Positions 27,324-36,134 of a stretch of 64,000 nt of DNA are shown here, piece after piece. The position numbers and the translations under genes are program-made. Every line of letters starts with the position of its first letter. Positions within the stretch are counted from its first letter, which is position 1. The stretch comes from Chthoniobacteraceae bacterium. GTDB lineage: Bacteria > Verrucomicrobiota > Verrucomicrobiia > Chthoniobacterales > Chthoniobacteraceae. Under the pieces are notes generated by a model. The model had not been told where the DNA came from and made no database searches. It worked only from the letters and a program-made list of their open reading frames with translations. The stretch lies in contig JANNWY010000195.1 of assembly GCA_031409335.1 (NCBI GenBank), forward strand, positions 47,767 to 111,766, written 5' to 3'.

Positions 27324-27462
27324 GGAATTCGGCAGTGAGGGTGATCGGGTAACTCTTTACGCATACGTATCATTTCCCGCCAAGCGGATTCTTTGGCGGA
27401 AAACGCTGCGAGGCGGACTGCAAAATGGGAGCAGGTGCGAAATGCGACGGCCCTGTGGGCGG

Positions 27463-27492
27463 CTCAACGTCCAACTTTCAACGCTCAACATT
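27463..27492. repeat. Degenerate heptamer tandem array (CAACnnn x4)
   Basis: ctcaacgtccaactttcaacgctcaacatt: CAAC recurs every 7 nt. Confidence 0.55.
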
Positions 27493-27666
27493 CGGTCGTG
27501 TCCTAATTTGGATTTTGAGCAGGAAGAATCGTTTTGCGGGAGGAAAAAGCCAGAAGTCTGGCGACGCGCGCTAACAAAAGAGGCGGTGCGTCGGCGAAGT
27601 CGGATGTGAGACAGGCCCTGTGTCACGGCCTGGAAAGCTCGTGCCACTTTGCTGACTTCGCTGCAA

Positions 27667-27918
27667 TTATTGCCAGATGACCGTGTAAATCGAATCAGGA
27701 ACTGCTTCACCATGTTCCTCCTTGCGGACGCAGCGGAACCCGAATTCATCAGGGCGGATGGTTGGCGCACAGAAGGAGCGGCTGGCAACGCGACATAAAG
27801 CCGAGTCGTTCCAACTGCCACCGCGGACGACCCGGTTTGTTCCGGTGCTCGGGCCCCACGGGTCGGTCACGGCAGAACTGCTGTAAGCACCGCACCGATC
27901 CTAACGCAGTTCCCGCGC
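27667..27918 (-). pseudogene. Decayed C-terminal fragment of a formylglycine-generating-enzyme (SUMF1/FGE-sulfatase) domain gene
   Basis: Reads ARELR*DRCGAYSSSAVTDPWGPSTGTNRVVRGGSW...FGFRCVR. RVVRGGSW and GFRC are FGE hallmarks; the expected WEWCxDWY is corrupted and contains a TAG. Confidence 0.75.
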
Positions 27919-28074
27919 GGTGAGGGTGATGCGCTTTATTGATCACGGAGTGGGCTTGAATCTCTTCCAAATCCCCCCAGCGCCCGTTCCCCCGCAGGTA
28001 TCCGTCCAGTAGAGCCAGGACGAATCGACGGCAATGGTGGTGACAGTGCCCGCAGTCACCGGAGCCAGGTTCGC

Positions 28075-28261
28075 CGGAGAGTTCCGCCTCATCTCGCTCG
28101 CAGCGCTGGTGCGCATGAGACTCGCCGCCTTCCGCGACAAAGACCGTGTCCACCTGCGCGATCTCGTCTCCGTCGGCCTCGTCGATGAATCATGGCTTCC
28201 CGGCCTTTCCACCGCCATGCGCGAACGTCTCGCTCTCATCCTCTCCTCGCCCGAGGGATGA
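28075..28261 (+). pseudogene. C-terminal fragment of a putative nucleotidyltransferase-like hypothetical protein
   Basis: FRLISLAALVRMRLAAFRDKDRVHLRDLVSVGLVDESW...RLALILSSPEG resembles the L..MKL...R.KD..(D/H)L tail of such proteins. No N-terminal part is present. Confidence 0.45.
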
Positions 28262-28485
28262 TTCGCCCCTCGATTTCAATTTGGTGATCAGGTCGAAGAC
28301 TGGACCCAAAGCGCGAGGAGCGAGTCTAAAGAAGCGACCCTTTTTCTTTCGTTGGGAACGGATGGAAGAAACATTACGGTTGCTCGGGGAGGGCTGCGGA
28401 GCGTAAACCTAAGCACATGTTCCGGGGCACCTTATGCCCGAGTGCGGAACGCGACCGTTCGCCTGTATTATCTCCCCCTGAAAAT

Positions 28486-29064
28486 ATGAAACTGATGAGT
28501 GGACTCATTTCCAGCACACCGCGAAGGCGGAACGCATCTTCCTTCGCGTCTGTGGCCATCGTCGCTGCGATTCTGTCGCTGATCTGCGGAGGGTTGCTTT
28601 GGGCAAACCCTTCGGCACAGCCAGGCGTCGTCGTTTCGTGGGGCAGTCAAAGTATTCCGCTTTCGTTTTACGACGGCCAACGAATCCTGAAGGTCGCCGG
28701 TGGAGGCAGCTATAGCCTAGCGTTAAAAAGCGACGGTTCGGTCGTCGTTTGGGGAAATAACATTAGCGCAGGCCCAGCCGGTCATAGCAATGTCGTTCAG
28801 ATCGCGGCGGGTGATTCCCACTGTTTGGCACTCAAGAGCGACGGCTCGGTCGTTGCTTGGGGGAGCAACACATATGGCATGAGTACGGTCCCGGCAGGCC
28901 TAGAGCCTGTCATTCAGATTGCTGCCGGTTCTCGTCACAGCCTCGCACTTAAAAGTGATCGCTCGGTCGTCGCTTGGGGCGACAACTCAAATGGCCAAAG
29001 CACTGTACCCGCTGGCCTAGGCCCGCGCGTTCGGCTGCGGTCAGCTTGGGAAGTTCAGCTTTGA
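28486..29064 (+). pseudogene. Truncated RCC1-repeat secreted protein
   Basis: Signal-like N-terminus and three (Q/K)(I/V)A(A/G)GxxxxLALKSDxSVVxWG repeats, then unrelated sequence after VPAGLG. Too few blades for a propeller; visibly more AT-rich codon usage. Confidence 0.7.
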
Positions 29065-29221
29065 TTTCGGCGAGGCTAGTGATCGCGAGCATCGCGAATG
29101 GTTTTGGCGGGCGCAAGACGCGACAATTACCGATGCCGGGCGGTGGCGTGTTTGGGAGTTTGTGCTAAAGCAAAAGTCGTCGCGCAAACTGCGATATCCC
29201 CCCTCGACACTGACTTTCATC

Positions 29222-31834
29222 GTGACTCGCTGGTCTTCTTCCATCGCAAAAAAATGCGCGCCGTTTTTCTTGTGCGGTATCGCCGCTGTGCGCGCGCAGT
29301 ATGTGAATTTCGAGTCGCATCAGACGCGGCCGATCTGTCTCTCGCCGGATGGCACGCGGCTGTTCGCGGTGAATACGCCGGACGGGCGGCTCTCGGTTTT
29401 CGATGTGTCGAATCCTGCGAATCCCGCGCCGGTTTTGATCCGTGAGATTCCGGTCGGGATCGAGCCGGTTTCGGTGAACGCGATCTCGAACGATGAGGCA
29501 TGGGTGGTGAACGAGGTGTCCGATTCGGTGAGTATCGTGTCGGTGTCGGCGGGTGCGGTTTTGGAGACGCTGGCGTGCGTGGATGAGCCGGCGGATGTCG
29601 TGTTCGCGAGTGGTCGCGCGTTTGTTTCGTGTTCGCAGAGTAATCTGGTGCGCGTGTTTGACATCGCGACGCGTGCGGCGGTCGCGACGATTCCGCTCGA
29701 AGGATTGAATCCGCAGTCGCTGGCGGTGAGCGGCGACGGGTCGAAAGTGTACGGCGCTTTCAAACTTTCCGGCAATCGGACGACGCTGCTTCCGGCGAAT
29801 CTCGCGCCGGCGCAGCCGCTGCCGACGAACATCACGAACTCGCCGCCGCAGGTCGGGCTGATCGTGAGCGCGAACGATCCGCGTCTGAGCCCGATGCCGA
29901 ACCTGCCGGACAACGACGTGGTGGAGATCGACGCGGCGACCAATGGGATCACACGCTATTTCAATGGCACCGGGACGATCAACTTTTTCGTGGCGGTGCG
30001 TCCGGCGAGCAATGAAATCTGGATCGCGAACACGGAGGCGCTGAATCTCACGCGCTTTGAGTCGAATCTGAAAGGGCGCTCGGTGGACAATCGGGTGACG
30101 CGGGTGACGACGACGGGGGCGGTGATCGTCACGCCGTTCGATCTGAATCCCGGCGTGAACTACGCGCTTTTTCCAAACGACGCGGCGCGGACGACGGCTC
30201 TGGCGCAGCCGACTGCGATCGCGTTCACGGCGGATGGCGCGGCGTTTTGGCTGGCGAGTTTCGGCACGGATCGCGTGGCGAAAATCGACGCGGCGACGGG
30301 CGCGGTGGCGGCGCGGATCGAGACGGGGCCGACCACCGGCGCGGCGTTCGATCCGCGCAACAAACGCGGCCCGCGCGGCCTCGCGCTCCAATCCGCGAAT
30401 GGCCGCCTTTACGTGCTCAATCGCATCTCGAACACGATCACCGTGATTTCCACCACGAGCGAAACAGTGCTGACGGAAATCGCGACGGGCAGTTTTGATC
30501 CCACGCCCGCCACGATCCGGCAGGGGCGCGGATTTCTTTACGATGCGCGGATTTCTGGAAATGGCACGCAGTCGTGCGCTTCGTGCCACATCGATGGCGA
30601 TCGCGATGAACTGGCGTGGGATTTGGGCGATCCGGCCGGTGCGATGCAAAACGTGAACACGCAGTTCGGCTCATTTTCCATGCACCCGATGAAAGGCCCG
30701 ATGACGACGCAGACGCTGCGCGGCCTGCGGAACATGAACCCGCTGCACTGGCGCGGCGACAAGGCGAGTTTCACGGATTTCAATGGCGCGTTCGCTTCGT
30801 TGCTCGGCGGCTCGCAGCTCAATGCGGCAGACATGACTGCGTTCAGCGATTTCATCAATACGATCGTCTTCGAGCCAAATCCGAATCAAAACCTCGATCG
30901 CTCGATGCCCGCGCTCTTTCCACCCGGCGATCCGAATGCGGGCGATCCAAATGCCGGACGCAGCACGTTCACCAACGAAAACTACCAGTCGAATCTGCGC
31001 TGCAACACCTGCCACGCGCTGCCGACCGGGACGAATCGGATCCTCATCAGCGCCGCTGCCTTGCAGGAGAGCCAGAATTTCAAAGTGCCGCAGCTCCGCA
31101 ATATGTATCAGAAGCGCCATTTTGTGAGCAGCGCGACCGCCGTGTCGCTCAGCGGATTCGGCTATGTTCACGATGGGCAGGACCCGGATATTTTTACATT
31201 TCTAAGTCGGCCAGTATTTGGAGCGTTTGCCGCCGACACGACGCGCAAACGGAATCTGTCCGCGTTTATGCAATGCTTCGACACTGGCACCGCGCCGGTT
31301 GTCGGTTTCACGCGCACGCTCACTGCGGGAACGCTGGCTGCGGGCGGCGCGGATTGGTCGGTGCTGGAATCGCAGGCCACGACCGGCGGCACAAATTTGG
31401 TCGTCCGCCTTTTGGAAAACGGGGAACGGCACGGCTTCGTCTATCGCGCCCCGACCAATGATTATTTGAGTGATCAGACCGGACTCGGGCCGCTCACGCG
31501 GGCTGCGCTCTATGCGCGAATCGCCGCCGGTGCGATCGCAACCGTGATGGGTGCGCCTTTCGCCACCGGTCAGCGGCTGGGCGTGGATCGCGATGGCGAC
31601 TCGATTCTCGATGCGGACGAGGTGATGCCCCGCTTGGAGATCTCGCCTTCCTCGGGCGCGCCGCTTCTTTCCTGGCCCGCCGCCGACGCTGCGCTGGTGC
31701 TCGAATGTGCGGACAGCCTCGGGCCGGCGGAATGGCTGCCGGTCACGCATCCGCGCGTGCCGGTCGGAGCTGCAGTTCAAGTGATCGATACATCAGCCGC
31801 GGCGCAGCGCTTCTACCGTCTTCGCAAGCCGTAG
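29222..31834 (+). CDS. Secreted YVTN-type beta-propeller fused to a dihaem cytochrome c (peroxidase/MauG-like) domain
   Basis: ORF 29162..31834, likely GTG 29222. LSPDGTRLFAVNTPD and IPVGIEPV propeller strands; CASCH (30575) and CNTCH (31001); FKVPQLRN; C-terminal RFYRLRKP. Confidence 0.85.
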   Translation: MTRWSSSIAKKCAPFFLCGIAAVRAQYVNFESHQTRPICLSPDGTRLFAVNTPDGRLSVFDVSNPANPAPVLIREIPVGIEPVSVNAISNDEAWVVNEVSDSVSIVSVSAGAVLETLACVDEPADVVFASGRAFVSCSQSNLVRVFDIATRAAVATIPLEGLNPQSLAVSGDGSKVYGAFKLSGNRTTLLPANLAPAQPLPTNITNSPPQVGLIVSANDPRLSPMPNLPDNDVVEIDAATNGITRYFNGTGTINFFVAVRPASNEIWIANTEALNLTRFESNLKGRSVDNRVTRVTTTGAVIVTPFDLNPGVNYALFPNDAARTTALAQPTAIAFTADGAAFWLASFGTDRVAKIDAATGAVAARIETGPTTGAAFDPRNKRGPRGLALQSANGRLYVLNRISNTITVISTTSETVLTEIATGSFDPTPATIRQGRGFLYDARISGNGTQSCASCHIDGDRDELAWDLGDPAGAMQNVNTQFGSFSMHPMKGPMTTQTLRGLRNMNPLHWRGDKASFTDFNGAFASLLGGSQLNAADMTAFSDFINTIVFEPNPNQNLDRSMPALFPPGDPNAGDPNAGRSTFTNENYQSNLRCNTCHALPTGTNRILISAAALQESQNFKVPQLRNMYQKRHFVSSATAVSLSGFGYVHDGQDPDIFTFLSRPVFGAFAADTTRKRNLSAFMQCFDTGTAPVVGFTRTLTAGTLAAGGADWSVLESQATTGGTNLVVRLLENGERHGFVYRAPTNDYLSDQTGLGPLTRAALYARIAAGAIATVMGAPFATGQRLGVDRDGDSILDADEVMPRLEISPSSGAPLLSWPAADAALVLECADSLGPAEWLPVTHPRVPVGAAVQVIDTSAAAQRFYRLRKP

Positions 31835-31990
31835 TGAGGCTTCGCGGACATCGGCAGCGCAAGGAAAACTCGGTTGCCTGCCATTTTTTGATGGACAAAA
31901 TCCGATGTTTTATCGCAGTTTCGTCGGGTTGGCATTCATTCGAGTCGCCAACACCCCCCTGAACGATAACAAACCAACCATTAGTACTTT

Positions 31991-32914
31991 ATGACCATAA
32001 AACCACCAAAACCAATCCTTGCAGGCGTAATCGCCGCCACCGCGATTTTCGCGCTCTCAGCAACAAGCTCCGCGCAAAATAACGGAATCAGCATTCACCC
32101 AATCACGATCGACGGCGCGTTCACCAACACGCCTGAGTGGTCGGACGTGACGCCAGCTCACTTTTTCTCCGCACCAGGCACCACCGCGACGCCGGTGTCG
32201 GCGGGTGATCCGAGCGCAAACACCGCGCTCTACGCTGCCATCGGTCGTCGTACGCCGACCGATGCTCCGAGCCTCCACCTGCTGTATGATTTCGTCCCAC
32301 GAACGAATCCGTTTGTAGCATCCGGGGAAATTTTTGCCGCGATCACATTCCCGATCCACCTTCCAGAGCGGTTTCATCCTCAAGGCACCCCGGTGGGTTC
32401 GGATATCGAGCAGAATGTTTCGGTGATCTTCCAAGGCGGACTAAGTGATGTTGCCGGTTTGGGCGCAGTTGGGGTTGGCGGTTTCTTCGATATTTTCGTG
32501 GACTTCCTCGACGGGAGACCCCTCGTCCGGGCGGAAGAAGTCGGACTGTTTGGAGCTGCCGACTTTGGGCCTTCGCCACTCTCCACCACGGATCACCTAA
32601 TCGTTGAATTGGGCGTCGGCCTTCGCATTCCGCAGAATTTTGGCGTCGAAGGTCCGCTGAATCCCGGCGGTGCTGGCATCAACCCCGCGACCGGCCTCTA
32701 TGATCCCGATCCCGCATTCTGGGGCGCGGCTGCCGGAGGCGGAGGTCTCGCGCAGGACACTGGCGGTGGAACAAACAACCTCCAGTCCGCAAGCGCGGCA
32801 CTCTTCACGATCAACCCGAATGGTTCGACCACGGTCACGCCGGTCCCCGAGCCGACGAGCGCGGCCTTGCTGCTAGGCAGCCTCGGCCTCATCGCGGCAC
32901 GCCGGCGCCGGTAA
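31991..32914 (+). CDS. PEP-CTERM protein of unknown function
   Basis: Signal peptide ending ATSSA; ITIDGAFT..EWSD; C-terminal VPEPTSAALLLGSLGLIAARRRR. Confidence 0.9.
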   Translation: MTIKPPKPILAGVIAATAIFALSATSSAQNNGISIHPITIDGAFTNTPEWSDVTPAHFFSAPGTTATPVSAGDPSANTALYAAIGRRTPTDAPSLHLLYDFVPRTNPFVASGEIFAAITFPIHLPERFHPQGTPVGSDIEQNVSVIFQGGLSDVAGLGAVGVGGFFDIFVDFLDGRPLVRAEEVGLFGAADFGPSPLSTTDHLIVELGVGLRIPQNFGVEGPLNPGGAGINPATGLYDPDPAFWGAAAGGGGLAQDTGGGTNNLQSASAALFTINPNGSTTVTPVPEPTSAALLLGSLGLIAARRRR

Positions 32915-32949
32915 CCGCACTTTCGGCGGAGTGCCGCTGAAATAATCCG

Positions 32950-32994
32950 CGACTGCAGGGATGGCCCGAAGCCTCCCTGCAGTCGTTTTATTTT
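32950..32994 (+). terminator. Rho-independent terminator
   Basis: CGACTGCAGGGA...TCCCTGCAGTCG 12-bp stem followed by TTTTATTTT. Confidence 0.85.
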
Positions 32995-33082
32995 CGGGTG
33001 TTTCCCCGTGCAAATCGCCCCGGCATTTTCCGTCGCACAGAATGTTTGTGCGTTTTCAAATCGACCCCTACAAAGACCCGCG

Positions 33083-33763
33083 ATGACGTTCCCACCACAC
33101 GATTTTCTCGATCTGAATCACACCGAGCATCGCATGCTCTTTGAGAATGGCGTGCATGTCTGGGACGCGCTGAAGCAGATCACCAGCTACCTGCAATTTC
33201 GCCTGAAACCGGCGATCAATGGGCGCTTGATCGGCAAGCCGTTTGTCAGCGGCGCGGTTTTTGTCGGGAAAGGCACCGTCATCGAGCAGGGCGCGATGAT
33301 CAAAGGCCCAGCGTGGATTGGCGAAGGCTGCGAGATTCGCAATGGCTGTTACATCCGCGAGAATGTGATCGTCGGCTCCGGCTGCGTGCTGGGAAATTCG
33401 TGCGAATTCAAAAACACGATCATCTTTGACGAGGCAAAAATCCCGCACTTCAGCTATGCGGGGGATTCGATCATCGGCTATCGCGCGCATCTCGGCGCGG
33501 GCGTCGTGCTTTCCAATGTGAAACTCGACCACGGCGAGATCACCATTCGCACGGAAGAGGGCCTCATCCCCACGGGCCTGAAAAAATTCGGCGCGATCAT
33601 CGGCGATCATGCGGAGATCGGGTGCAACGCGATCATCAATCCCGGCTCGATCATCGGGCGCAACAGCATCGTGTATCCGGGCACGGTTTGGCGCGGCGTC
33701 GTCGCGGAGAATTCGATCGTGAAGACCACGCAGACGCACACGGTCATGGCCCGCCGCGATTGA
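33083..33763 (+). CDS. Hexapeptide-repeat (LbH) GlmU-like acetyltransferase domain protein
   Basis: IKGPAWIGEGCEIR, GNSCEFKN, PHFSYAGDSIIG, HLGAG, KFGAIIGD match the C-terminal half of archaeal-type GlmU. No nucleotidyltransferase domain. ATG 33083. Confidence 0.85.
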   Translation: MTFPPHDFLDLNHTEHRMLFENGVHVWDALKQITSYLQFRLKPAINGRLIGKPFVSGAVFVGKGTVIEQGAMIKGPAWIGEGCEIRNGCYIRENVIVGSGCVLGNSCEFKNTIIFDEAKIPHFSYAGDSIIGYRAHLGAGVVLSNVKLDHGEITIRTEEGLIPTGLKKFGAIIGDHAEIGCNAIINPGSIIGRNSIVYPGTVWRGVVAENSIVKTTQTHTVMARRD

Positions 33764-33814
33764 TCGGCGAAAGACTTGCGCGGTTGCCCTTTGTCTGAAA
33801 CCTTTCCCGCCCCT

Positions 33815-34432
33815 ATGGCCAGCCCTACCGAAACCAAGCCCGTCGTCGAAGAAGAATTCGACTTTCTGGCGTTCTGGATTCAGCACAAACGCACGGTGCT
33901 CTTTCTCTCGCTGCTGCTGGTCATCGGCCTGCTGATCTTCGCGATTTTTCAATTCACCCAGCATCGGGCGCGCGAGGCCGCGGCACGCGATTTCGCAAAT
34001 GCGAAGACGGTTGAGGAATTGCGGAACGTGGTGACTGGGCACGGCAGCTCCGCGGTCGCGGGAAACGCACTGCTCCTGATTGCGGAGAAGTTGCGCGGCG
34101 AAAACAAGCTGGATGAATCGAGCGCCGCGCTAAAGCAATTGATCGAAAAACATCCGAATCATCCGCTCATCAGCGGCGCATGGATGAGTCTCGCCGTGAA
34201 CCTGGAATCGCAGGAGAAAACCGACGAAGCGCTGGCGAACTACCAGAAAATCGTCGCGACGTATCCCACCAGCTTCTGCGCTCCATCCGCGCTGATGGCG
34301 CAGGCGCGGATTTACGCTGCAAAGGGCAAGGTGGATGAGGCCAAACGCGCTTACGAATCCGTGATCTCGCAATATGGCGACAGTATTCTGGCGAGGATGG
34401 CGATGCAGGAAAACACGCGGCTGAAGAAGTAA
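33815..34432 (+). CDS. Membrane-anchored tetratricopeptide repeat protein (YfgM-like)
   Basis: One N-terminal TM helix followed by TPR-like helices (EALANYQKIVATYPTS, EAKRAYESVISQYGDS). ATG 33815. Confidence 0.8.
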   Translation: MASPTETKPVVEEEFDFLAFWIQHKRTVLFLSLLLVIGLLIFAIFQFTQHRAREAAARDFANAKTVEELRNVVTGHGSSAVAGNALLLIAEKLRGENKLDESSAALKQLIEKHPNHPLISGAWMSLAVNLESQEKTDEALANYQKIVATYPTSFCAPSALMAQARIYAAKGKVDEAKRAYESVISQYGDSILARMAMQENTRLKK

Positions 34433-34502
34433 CGGGCCGATCTCCGAAGCGGCAGTTCACACGGATCACCAGCGTCGCGAGCGCGGATGGCCCGCTCACG
34501 AT

Positions 34503-35309
34503 CTACGCTGGCTGCAATCCCTCGTCGCCAAAAAGTCCGCGCTGCCGCCCCTTCCCGGTCAACTCCGACTGCGCCTGCTCCTGCTGCCCGATGAATAATT
34601 CGCCGCTGAACACACCGCCTTTTTCCACGTTGATCGCCTTCGCGTAAACGGTCCCCTCGAGGATGCCGCCCTTGTTGATCGTCACCATGCCATCGCAGAC
34701 GATCCTCGCCGACGTCTTGCCATTGATCTCGATCGTGTGCCCCTTCAGCGGCCGCACGAATTCCACGTCCGCCTTCTTCTCGATGATGACGTGGTGCCCC
34801 TCGATCGTCCCCACGATTTTCCCCCGCAATCTCACGCGCACCACGCCAGTGCAGCACAGGGTGCCGCGCACCTGCCCCTCGACCAGCGCCTCGCGACACA
34901 CCGCGCGCGAACTGCTCAAGTCACCCTTCGACGTGACGACGACTTCGCCCTGCGTCTGAATGCTGCGCCCAAACGGCCCCGCGATCTTGAAATCGCGCAG
35001 GTCGATGTAACTGCCGCACGACGGGCACAGCGACGATTGCGCGGCGCTGCTCACCTGCTGCTTGTGGCTGCAGCTCAGGCACGCGATTTCGCGCACCGTT
35101 TCGCGCGCCAACATTTTCCCGACTTTGTCGAAAAAGGACGGCCCCTTGAGACTCGTCGCCTCCTTCAGCAGCAGCTTTTCGATGCTGTAATGCTCGCCGC
35201 ACTTCCGGCAAAACGTAGTCTTCGCAAACGCGGACTCGAGCTGCGTAAAGCCGCAATGCGGACAGTCCGCGCTGATTTTCTCCTGAGGCTTGGGCGTGTT
35301 TTTCGCCAC
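34503..35309 (-). CDS. Bactofilin-domain protein with two N-terminal Zn-ribbon-like CxxC pairs
   Basis: CPHC..CRKC and CLSC..CPSC, then an extended beta-helical bactofilin region ending LEGTVYAKAINVEKGGVFSGELFI. Confidence 0.82.
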   Translation of the reverse strand: MAKNTPKPQEKISADCPHCGFTQLESAFAKTTFCRKCGEHYSIEKLLLKEATSLKGPSFFDKVGKMLARETVREIACLSCSHKQQVSSAAQSSLCPSCGSYIDLRDFKIAGPFGRSIQTQGEVVVTSKGDLSSSRAVCREALVEGQVRGTLCCTGVVRVRLRGKIVGTIEGHHVIIEKKADVEFVRPLKGHTIEINGKTSARIVCDGMVTINKGGILEGTVYAKAINVEKGGVFSGELFIGQQEQAQSELTGKGRQRGLFGDEGLQPA

Positions 35310-35318
35310 AAAGCGCGG

Positions 35319-35726
35319 TTATCGGCCGGGGAGCGGCGCTTTCGGAATCTCCGCCGGGCGCGGCGCTTCCGCCGGACGCGACGCCCCCTTCACCGGCGTG
35401 ACCTCCGACTTGCCGACAAACGTCGCGCCTTCCTCGATCACGAGACGCGCTGCCTTCAGATCGCCCTGCAGCACCGCGCGCGACTTGAGTTCGCAGCGTT
35501 CCTCCACGGTGATGTTGCCGTGAACCTTGCCATAAACCGTCGCTGATTTCGTTCTGATCTCGCCGCGAATCTCCGCATTTTCGCCCACCGTCAGGACGCC
35601 CGATGAGGTAATTTCACCCTCAACTTTTCCATCCACGATCAAGTCGTTTTGGAATTTGATGGAGCCTTTGATTTCGACGTCGGCAGAGAGAATGTTCTTG
35701 GAAGTGGAAGTGGAGATGTCGGCCAT
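35319..35726 (-). CDS. Bactofilin (polymer-forming cytoskeletal protein)
   Basis: ILSADVEIKGSIKF...IVDGKVEGEI...VYGKVHGNI...GDLKAARLVIEEGATFVG. Start ATG 35726 or GTG 35858. Confidence 0.92.
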   Translation of the reverse strand: MADISTSTSKNILSADVEIKGSIKFQNDLIVDGKVEGEITSSGVLTVGENAEIRGEIRTKSATVYGKVHGNITVEERCELKSRAVLQGDLKAARLVIEEGATFVGKSEVTPVKGASRPAEAPRPAEIPKAPLPGR

Positions 35727-35864
35727 GACTGGTTTTTTCGTGATAGGAGATTGCGGAATGAGCGGGATTTCCAATTGCGGAGAGACCGGTTTTTCCTCGA
35801 TGGAATTGACGTGCTCCGCCGAAACTTGCGGCTTTTGAGACGGGTCGTGGTGGAGCACGGGCCA

Positions 35865-35893
35865 GTTATCGGGGCGTGGAAACGGAGTGTCAA
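35865..35893 (-). promoter_or_regulatory. Probable sigma70 promoter of the bactofilin pair (TTGACA-N17-GATAAC)
   Basis: Perfect -35 at 35893..35888, 17-nt spacer, 4/6 match to -10. Confidence 0.5.
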
Positions 35894-36017
35894 CGATCGC
35901 GTGCGAAAGCGCTCAAGATTCCGCGAATCTCCCCGCAAAACCCTGCGACGCGACGCGCATGGTGTGTTCGCCAGTGTGGCTGCTAAACTGCCCGTCGTTG
36001 AAGGCCGGGGCGCTCGG

Positions 36018-36122
36018 CGCGTGAATGCCGGCTACGGCGAAATGATGCAGCGCCCCTCGCGTTACCTCGGCGAAATCCCCAAGGCATTGATCGAGGAATG
36101 GCAGATTCGCGGCGCGGATTGA
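36018..36122 (+). pseudogene. Possible 3' remnant of a UvrD/PcrA-family helicase gene
   Basis: RVNAGYGEMMQRPSRYLGEIPKALIEEW* carries the PSR(F/Y)LxEIP motif that follows motif VI of UvrD/PcrA. No upstream helicase sequence. Confidence 0.5.
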
Positions 36123-36134
36123 ACCGCGCCGGAT

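Noticed and set aside
33083..33763. Full bifunctional glmU
   Set aside because: Only the hexapeptide acetyltransferase half is present, so no gene symbol was assigned.
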